64,000 nucleotides of DNA from Phaeosaccion multiseriatum (Eukaryota > Protista > Ochrophyta, other classes). The stretch lies in the NCBI GenBank assembly GCA_965112735.1, contig OZ218961.1, forward strand, positions 930,001 through 994,000, given 5' to 3'. The notes under the pieces are model-generated. The model was not told the origin of the DNA. It saw nothing but the letters and a program-made list of their open reading frames with translations, and did not search any database. The position numbers were made by a program, and so were the translations under genes. Positions within the stretch are counted from its first letter, which is position 1; the number at the start of each line of letters is the position of its first letter. Shown here one piece after another: positions 55,065-64,000 of this stretch.

Positions 55065-55460
55065 CTGTGATTTCGCGGTTGAGTGGCACTTTTTACGCCC
55101 AATTACGCCACATTAATTTTTTTTTACGCCAAATGACGACTTTTTTTACGACGTTTGACGACGTTTGACGACGCTTTAGCCCCCTATTTGACGCCCTTTG
55201 ACGCCCTTTGACGCACTTTGACGCCCTTTTATCTTAATTCGCCTTAATTTCGTCTAAAAAAAATCACGTAAAAGAAAATCACGGAAAAGGGCGTCAAAGG
55301 GCGTCAAAGGGCGTCAAAAGGCGTCAAAGGGCGTCAAATAGGGGGCTAAAGCGTCGTCAAACGTCGTAAAACGTCGTAAAAAAAGTCGTCATTTGGCGTA
55401 AAAAAAAAATAATGGGGCGTAATTGGGCGTAAAAAGTGCCACTCAACCGCGAAATCACAG
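55065..55460. mobile_element. Intact 396-bp non-autonomous TIR element (MITE/foldback) with ~170-bp TIRs, TA-flanked (Tc1/mariner-like target site)
   Basis: TA|CTGTGATTTCGCGGTTGAGTGGCACTTTTTACGCCC ... GGGCGTAAAAAGTGCCACTCAACCGCGAAATCACAG|TA. 10-bp subterminal repeats TTTGACGCCC and TTTGACGACG. AT-rich compared with the flanks. Confidence 0.9.
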
Positions 55461-55642
55461 TAATTAAAATTAAAAAGAATACTTCAGTCTCAAAGCTTCT
55501 TCCTCTCTCTGTGTGTCTCTCTCTCTGTCTCTCTCTCCTCTTCTCTCCCCTCCCTCTCCCTACTCTCTCTCTCTCTTGTTCCTACATACCACTATGCCGC
55601 CCCCTTGGAGCCCCCTGAGCCACAGACAACGAGCATCGCATA

Positions 55643-55678
<36 letters not shown>

Positions 55679-55820
55679 CTCTGTCTCTTATCTCCCTCCC
55701 TCTCCCCCCCTCTCCATCCCTTCCTCCCCCTCCCTCCCTGCCTTCCTCTTTGGCAACGACCAATAGAGACAGTTACAAACGTCCAAGGTCCACCACGCTC
55801 AAACCCAAACTCCAACTCAA

Positions 55821-58800
55821 TCAGGGGCGAAGCACAAGAACGACCGTCTTGACCTCATACGGCCTGAAATCAAGACTCACCCTGCCCCCTCTCCCCCCCC
55901 CCCCACTCTCCCCGCCCCCCTCCACCCACCCAAGACCCACACTCACGCCCTCGTCATGGGCAACAACACCCCCCCCTGCTCCTCCTCTATTCGGAACCCC
56001 GCCCCCCCCCCCCTCCTCCTCCGCCCCCTCCTCCCAGTCCAGGGGGGGGGCTATCAAGTCTTCCATAACGTTGCTGGCGTACACGTGTTGGACATTCACC
56101 TCCGTCGCCCATTTGAGATTCACAGGGCCGCGCCCTCCGTAGGCCTCGTACATGCGCACCACCACGCACGCGCCGACGCTGCTGCTCGGAAGTCCAGCAA
56201 TGCCCTTGCCACTGGTACCATCACCACCACCACCACCGCCACCATCATCACCACCACCACCGCCATCATCATCATCATCACCATCATCCCTCATAGCGGC
56301 AAGAGCATCAGCCGCAGAAGCAGCAACAGTAGGAGGAGGAGGAGGAGGAGTGGCAGCGGCATCATCTCCTCCTTCTCTGCCGGAGACAGGAGGGGGCAGA
56401 AAGCTCTGCTCCTCCGCGAGCTTCACCGCGGCCAACAGGACGTTGCAAGGCCTCCCTGTCGTTCTACTGCTGCTGCTGCTGCTGCCGCCTATATTACTGT
56501 TGCCCAAATGGCTGCTTCCAGAGCTGGTGCCGTATGACCAACTGCTGCCCCCCCATGTCGTCACCTCCTCTGCACACTCCAGCGACAGCAGAGATCCCAC
56601 CCGCGACGCCATGGCTTCCACTGCAGTCCCCATGCTGATGCTTCGGCTCCTGCCGCCGCTCCCTCCTGCACCAGAAGCAGTGTCAGCCGCAACCTCCGCC
56701 AACGCCCCCGCCTTTCCCACCCCGTCCTGCAACGGCAGCATGAGCAGAGGCTTGTTAAAGGCCACCGCCTCCTGCGCCACCCCTGCTTCCCTCAGCGTAC
56801 CCACGTGAGGGAGGAGCGCGTAACGGAAACGATGGCACCCCATGTCACAGTTGGCATCGGGCTCTTTGGGGCTACGCAGCAAACTCAAACTCATGACGTT
56901 GCCCCTGCACGAGTGGCCGTACTTGCTGTCGTTGAGGAGCACCACTGGGTGGGTGAGCGTGGTATGTCAATGGGTGGGTGGGTGGGTGGGTGGGGGTGGA
57001 AGGGAGAGAGTTGAGTTTTTGGGTCAATAGACTTGGAAGCTGAAAGCTGAAGGTTGAACTGAAACTGAAGATGAAGCTCATACTCATACTGTCTCTCTGA
57101 CTCACCTCCGTCCTTTGTGAGCGCACACATATCTCGAAACTCAAAACTCAAAAACCCAAAAACTCAAAACGCAAACTACCCCTTGGAAACTGAAGTGAAC
57201 CTCAAACTGAAACAACCGTGACTCACCCCCGAATCCGTCTTCGGACAAGTCCATGTACTTGTGAGCGCACACCTCGTGCTTGGCGGCATCCCAGCTCGTG
57301 TTGGAGTGGGTAGGACGCTTCACCTGATGGGGAGGGAGGGGTGGGGGGTGGAGAAGGAGAAGAGGATGGGGAAAGGGTGAGCGAAGAGGCAAAGGGGGCG
57401 GGGGGGAGGGAGAGAGGGAGGGAGGGAGGGAAGGAGGGGAGGGAGGGAGGGGAGGGAGGGAGGGAGAGTGTGTGAGGAAGAGAGGATAAGAGAAGAGGAA
57501 GAGAGCACAGCAGAAGAGAAAGAACAAGGAAAAACAGCAACCCAAGCCAAGCAAAACCAAACTCACCTGACCAAACTGCGTCTCGTAGGTTGCCGAGTCG
57601 GTGTGAATGGCAAGCGGAAACTCAAGCTTGAGAATCTTGTACTGCTCATGCCACTGCACCTCCGCCTCGAAATCAAGTCGGGGGGAAGTGGCGGTTACAG
57701 AAACAGTCAGCACCTGTTGAACCATGGAGGGTTAAGCAACAAGGGGTCAGCGAGGGGTTGGTAACCACGAGGGGATATCAACAAGGGGTAAATTGCAAGG
57801 GGTCAAGAGGTACTAACAAACGGTTCAACGAGTTAGCGACGAGAGATGGGCAACGAGGGTTGGCAGCGAGGGGGTAGCAACGAGGGTATTCGGTAGAGAG
57901 GTTAATCGAGGCGAGGGCAGCAAGAGCAACCCGAGGTTCGCAACGAAGGGTTACTGGCAACGAGGGGGTAACAACGAGAGTTACTGTGGGGTTAGCAGCA
58001 ACGATTAACGAGGATTGAACGAGGAGTTAACGAGAAGTTAACGAGCACACGCACCATACTACTTCGACTGCTGAGGCGATACGTGAAGCTCACACCCGCT
58101 CGGGCGCTACCCCAGGGAGAGTGTCTGTCGCCGTCGCTGTCAATCCTGGCAAACTTTCCTCGAATCACAGTTGGCTTTTGGAGGTGGTACGGGAACACAT
58201 CCCACGCATCCCAGAAGAAGGGCAAATCTTCATGCATCACGACTGTGTTTCCGCCGAGGCATGGTGCTTGTGCTTGTGAGGAGGAGGATGATGATGATGA
58301 TGATGCTCCTGCTGTTGCTCCTGCTGGGGTGGGTGGGTGGGTGGGTTGGTGCGTGGGTGAGTGGGTGTCGAGTGGGTGGGCAGTGTGTGGAGAGCAACCT
58401 TCTGGGGGGATGTGGGTAGTGAAGAGACGAAAGTGAAGCGACATACACACCTGTTGGTTCTACAGACGACTGCCCCGTCTGCTGCTCGATGCACTCCCTG
58501 TGTCCCGTGCGTGCGCTCGTGAGGCGCTTGTCTTGGAGGTGGAGAAGAGCACCACTATAAGAAAACTCTGCCCTAATGAATTTGTTTTCCAGTACCACAT
58601 ACGACTCCTCCCGCTTCTCCTTCTTCTCCCCATCATCACCGCCACGGCCACCGTCACCACCACCGGTAACAGCAGCATTTGGTGATACAGCAGTGCCTGC
58701 TTCCTCCACTCTGACGTAGTCCTGCAAAGGGGAACAAATCAGAAGGAAGGGGAAGGGAGGAGAGAGCTCTTTTCAGCACAAATAGATAAGTAGGGTTGAA

Positions 58801-61800
58801 GTATACGGAATGGCGGCTTTAACAACCCACCGCCTCCTCGTACTCCCTGCTCTCTCTCTTTCACTCACTCACTCCCTCCCTTCCCTCCCTCACTCCCTCA
58901 CTCCCTCCCTCCCTCCCTCCCTCCGTATCACCAACACACAAACCTCAATGAGGTGTGCCTTGACCCATAGCGAGAGCGCCTCTCTGGGGCGGTGATGTTC
59001 CTCCAAGAGAGAGGGAAGGCTCAGCACCACATGACCCATCGGGGGCACGGCAGGGAGCAGCACCGACTGGGCGGACTGCAGAGGAAGAGGGGGGGGGGGA
59101 GGAGGGAAGGGGAGAGGAGGAGGGGGGAGAGGGGGAAGAGGGGGAGCAGCAGGAGGAGGAGGAGAAGGAGGAGGAGGAGGGGAAGGGGGTGTTATGGTGA
59201 CTTGTAAGACGTCCTTCCCCTCCCCATCCCTCTCTGCCCCCCCTTCTTCGTATCACCAACTCACTCACTTTGTGTACAGTGACTCCGTCCACCTCGCATC
59301 TCACATCCCACTCCTTGGGCAGCGTCACCACTTCCCCTCTTCGCTCAAAGGCAGAGGTGTTCACAACAAGCATGGAGGAGGGAGGTGTGGAGCTGCCGTC
59401 CCCGGTGGGGAAGCTCGGCCGTAGACCCAGGGAGAGCGCCCGGTCCTCCAAGAGGCGACGCTGAATGGTGCAGCATGATGCCAGAGCCTGGAGGGAGGGG
59501 AGGGAGGGAGGGAGATATCCATACATACATACATACATACATACATACATACATACATACATACATACATACATACATACATAGACATATGAGATGAGAT
59601 GAAGATTAGTCTCTCCTCCCTCCCCCCCTCCTTTCCTCCCGCTCTCTCTCCCACCCTTCCTTCCTCCCTCTCTTTCTCCCTTCCTTCCTTCCTTCCTTCC
59701 TTCCTTCCTTCCTTCCTCCCTCTCCCTCCCTCCGTCCATCCCTCCCTCAAGCACTCACTCACCTCCTTGTACATTGCCGTTGCCTCCTCAGCGACCATCT
59801 GAATGCAGCTGCCGGGCAGTACATCGTGGAACTGATTCAGCAGCACCGACTGCCAGATGGCGTACAGCTCTCTGTGAATAGCATGCACTTTCCTAGCGGC
59901 AGACACTCTGGCCACCCTTCCACCTTCCTTCCTACCGCTGCCGCCGCCATCCACTGCCATCCCCCTGCTGGTGCTGTTGGAAGGGGTCGTGCGAGCTCGC
60001 TTGGCACTCCTTCTGCGTTCACCTTCTCCTTCTGCTGCTGCTGCTGCCGCTGCTCCTACTCCTCCTTCATCCTCCTCCGCTGTGGTGGGCGGGAAATAAA
60101 ACGGACATGGAGTCCCTTACGTAAGGTAGCTGAGATCTGTGACGGTCCCTACATGGCCATGTACCCCCTACCTACCACTCTACCTACCTACCTACCTACG
60201 ACCTACCTACCTACCTACCTATACCTACCCACTAACCTACTCTACGTACCTACCTACCTGCCTACCTACCTACCTACCAATCTACCTTACGTACCTACCT
60301 ACCTGCCCACCTACCTACCCACCTTCCTACCTACCAATCTACCTACCTACGTACCTACGTACCTGCCTACCTACCTACCCACCTACCCACCTACCTTCCT
60401 ACCTACCCACCTAACTACCTACCACTCTCCAATCTCCTTCCTTCTTGCCTACCTACCTACCTACCTACCTACCAATCTACCACCCACCTACCACCTGCCT
60501 ACATACCTACTTCTATACCTACCTACCTACGTACCTACGTACCTGCCTACCTACCTACCCACCTACCCACCTTCCTTCCTACCTACCCACCCACCTACCT
60601 ACCTACCTACTTGTACTACCTACCTACCTACCTACCAATTTGCCTACCTTCCTTCCTACTTACCCACCTACCTACCTACCTACCTACCTACTTGTACCTA
60701 CCTACCTACCTTCCATTTTACACGCCACACGCGACTGTGCTGAGCTCCCCACAGCACAGACTTACACCTACGTGGCTACCACAAATGCAAACTCAAACTC
60801 ACCTTCTTGTTGAGTGGTGGTGCCCTGCAGACCATGCCCCTCCCTGACGAGTGCCTCCACCACGAGGGCCTCGCAATCGAACAGCGCCTCTTCGCATCTG
60901 AGGCAGGAGGAGAGGAAGGGGCGGATAGGGATTCTGTAAGTAAACCATGACGGGAGAGGGCCATCGAACAGCGCCTTTTCACGGGTAAGGCAGGAGGAGA
61001 GGAAGGGCCGGCAGGGAGGTCATGAGGTGACAATGACAGGAGAGGGGTTGTTATCCTGAAACTCAAACTGAAGAAGACTCACCTCCGATTGAGGCGCTTG
61101 AGCTCTGCCTGGGAGGTGAGCGTTCCCTGGTGCAGCTCCAGATACAGCTCGCCTTTGGGGCAAAGGCAGGAGGGGAGGGAAGGGAGGGAGGGAGGGAGGG
61201 AGGGAGGGAGGGAGGGAGGGAGGGAGGGAGGGAGGGAGGGAGGGAGGGAGGGAGGGAGGGAGGGAGGGAGGGGAGGGAGGGGAGGGAGGGGAGGGAGGGG
61301 AGGGAGGGGAGGGAGGGGAGGGAGGGGAGGGAGGGGAGGGAGGGGAGGGAGGGGAGGGAGGGGAGGGAGGGGAGGGAGGGGAGGGAGGGGAGGGAGGGGA
61401 GGGAGGGGAGGGAGGGGAGGGAGGGGAGGGAGGGGCGGGAGGGGAGGGAGGGGAGGGGAGGGGAGGGAGGGAGGGGAGGGGAGGGAGGGAGGGGAGGGGA
61501 GGGAGGGAGGGAGGGGAGGGAGGGAGGGAGGGGAGGGGAGGGAGGGAGGGGAGGGGAGGGAGGGAGGGGAGGGGAGGGAGGGAGGGGAGGGGAGGGAGGG
61601 AGGGAGGGGAGGGGAGGGAGGGAGGGGAGGGGAGGGAGGGAGGGGAGGGGAGGGAGGGAGGGGAGGGGAGGGAGGGAGGGGAGGGGAGGGAGGGAGGGGA
61701 GGGGAGGGGAGGGAGGGGAGGGGAGGGAGGGAGGGGAGGGGAGGGAGGGAGGGGAGGGGAGGGAGGGAGGGGAGGGGAGGGAGGGAGGGGAGGGGAGGGA

Positions 61801-62777
61801 GGGAGGGGAGGGGAGGGAGGGAGGGGAGGGGAGGGAGGGAGGGGAGGGGAGGGGTGAGGATGGGATGGAGGGGATGGAGGGAGGGAGGGAGGGGAGAGGG
61901 GAGGGAGGGGATGGAGGGGATGGAGGAGAGGGGAGATGGGCATGACAGGAGGAAATGTGGGACGGCAGTCAATGTACAGCTCGATTCGGCAGTGGGGAAG
62001 TGTTGGATGGGCAATCAATGTACAGCTCGCTTCGGCAGTGGGGAAGGGGAGAAGGGGACGACAGGAAGGGTAGGGAAGGGAAGGGAAAGGAAAGAGACGT
62101 ACGGACGGACTGACTGAATGACTGACTGACACCACGCAGGGATTGTCTCCCTGACACCAGGTACTGACCTGCCCACCGGGGTGCGTAACGGCCCGCTCTC
62201 TCTCGCTGCCGCTTGAGGGCTCTGTAGAAGCCCCGAGGGGTACCGCCACGTACGGAGGGCAGACCAGGACAGCGGAGAGACTCTTCTCCTCCCTGCCCAT
62301 ATGACTGCCCGTGCGGCTTTCTCTGCCCCTGCCCCTGCTGTACCACCAACGGCTGTCCCTGTCCCTGCCCCTGCCCCTCCTCCTGCCTCTCCCGCCGTTG
62401 ACGTTTCACCCCGGCTCCCAAACCCATCCGTTGTAACCGCTCCAACATGTAGGCCTGTGGACCCCCTCCTCCATCTCCGTGTCCGAACAAGAGCAGATTG
62501 TGACCAAACACCCCCTGATTCTTGTTGTTGGTGCTCGACTTGAGGACGTCAGCGGCCGAAGCCTCTGAGCAGTATGTGTCTCCGGGTGGTAAGTGAGCAA
62601 GGACCTCGGTACCGTCCAGACCCTCCCATAGGAAGGTGGTGTGGGGGAACTTGTTGACGAGGTTCCAGGACATCTTTTGCGTGAGGAAGTAGTGCATGCC
62701 TGGTGCGATAAGGTAGATGGGGAAGAAAGAGGAAGAGAAAATGGAGTATACGATCAAATATCGTAGAAAGAAAAGGG

Positions 62778-62826
<49 letters not shown>

Positions 62827-64000
62827 GAAGAGGAGGAGGAGGAAGAGTAGTAGTAGCAGTAGTAGTAGTAGTAGTAGAGGCAGTAGTAGGAGTAGGAGGA
62901 GGAGTTCAAACGTTTATTCAGTAAGCAAGTTGAGGTGTTTGAGGTGCAAAACGAGAGGAGACGGTACGTACGTGATGCACATGTGACATTATATAAGCAT
63001 GAGATTCAAAGGAACGTTGAGCACAGCGCATGGAGAGCCCCTTCCTGTCCCTTCGTGCTCCTTCCTGCTCATTTCTATCCCTTCCTCCCAAGTGGTGACA
63101 TTCCACATCCATTCAATACGTACCCGCGGATTGCGCCAGTTGGGGAATTTGGGCGGCATACCCAAACGTGTCAGGAAGGAAGAAGATCTCACATCGGAAA
63201 ACAAACTCGGCCTGGCAGAAGCGCTGCCCCTGTGTGTGTATGGCAGTGGATGGTAGTAGATGGATGGCAGCGGATGACAGGGAACGAATGGGCCACCTCG
63301 ACATAAAAGACGCGCTCACACACGTACACATACACATACATACACACACGCACACGCGCCCACACACGCACACCGCATACACACACGCACACACACAACT
63401 CACTCACACGCACAGATCGTACGTTGTAGTTGTATATCTCACCTGCAAGAACTGCCTACAGAGGCTCTCCCCAGAGGGTACGTTACAGTCCGATTCCACC
63501 CACGACCCGCACACAGGGAGGAAGCGTCCGGCCTTAAAGGCCTGCTTCACTCTCTTGTAAAGCTCAGGGACGGTCTCTTTGAGCCATTGGAACTGGACAG
63601 CCTGTGAGGCCACGAATGTGTAGTCCGGGTACTTGTCTATGAGTTGCAGTTGTGTGGCCCAGGACCGCACCACCTTTCGCTTGGCCTCGCTGACATTGGA
63701 AATTGGAATTGGAAATTGACAAATGTGATGACACCAGGTACAAGCGGGGAGGGGGAGAGGGAGGTGATGAGGGAGAGGGGGAAGGAGGAAGGGAGGAAGG
63801 GAGGGGATGAGGAAAGGGGGGGGGGGGAGGGAGGGGGAGGAAGAGGATGAGGATGAGGGTGAGAAGGGGCGGAAGAGGTGCGCAAAGAGTCTCTCTGCCT
63901 CAGTGACTGACCGCCTCTTTCCGCCTCTCCTCATCGTAGTATCATAAGTCACTAAACTGCCATCCGATGCCATCCCATAGACAACAACACTCACTCACTG
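55821..64000 (-). CDS. GH38 alpha-mannosidase (cytosolic MAN2C1/Ams1-like), multi-exon; 5' part lies beyond the window
   Basis: RSWATQLQL...[154 protein letters not shown]. Confidence 0.95.
57722..58045. repeat. Degenerate intronic minisatellite (core CAACGAGGGGTTA)
   Basis: Repeated variants GCAACGAGGG(G)TT/TA inside a mannosidase intron. Confidence 0.7.
60168..60712. repeat. (CCTA)n-type intronic microsatellite; similar tract at ~44070-44245
   Basis: Runs of ACCT/CCTA. Confidence 0.9.
61170..61855. repeat. (GGGA/GGGGA)n purine tract; forms the pyrimidine-rich 3' part of a mannosidase intron
   Basis: ~690 bp almost entirely G/A. Confidence 0.9.

Noticed and set aside
59826-62300. Long PTYL and PPSLP/GREG ORFs
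   Set aside because: Intronic (CCTA)n and (GGGA)n tracts of the mannosidase gene.

Overview
Intron-rich, microsatellite-laden eukaryotic nuclear DNA. It is most likely an ochrophyte (heterokont) alga with a flagellate stage, given an ASAFAP plastid-targeting motif and a zeta/delta-type tubulin. Housekeeping genes: cytochrome-b5-fusion desaturase (5' part), class II CPD photolyase, zeta-like tubulin, a 22-exon glutamate decarboxylase (GAD), a large hypothetical gene, and a GH38 alpha-mannosidase (3' part). Among them sit three unrelated kinds of repeat-domain genes, each with near-identical DNA repeats and variation confined to predicted ligand-binding positions. (1) A gene with 26 tandem 72-nt one-LRR-per-exon cassettes separated by homogenised introns, followed by a disrupted SAM-like plus HEPN-like tail. 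(2) Three intronless F-box-like/FNIP-repeat genes, two of them produced by a ~7.6-kb tandem duplication. (3) An MLKL-like four-helix-bundle + kinase + 13 ARM-repeat gene with two foldback MITEs just upstream. Together they look like a fast-evolving, immune-receptor-like repertoire; this is inference and untested. A 14-bp motif (AGTTGGTGATACAG) also recurs about 15 times on both strands in exons and introns. All exon models and domain calls were made by eye, and no database search was run.
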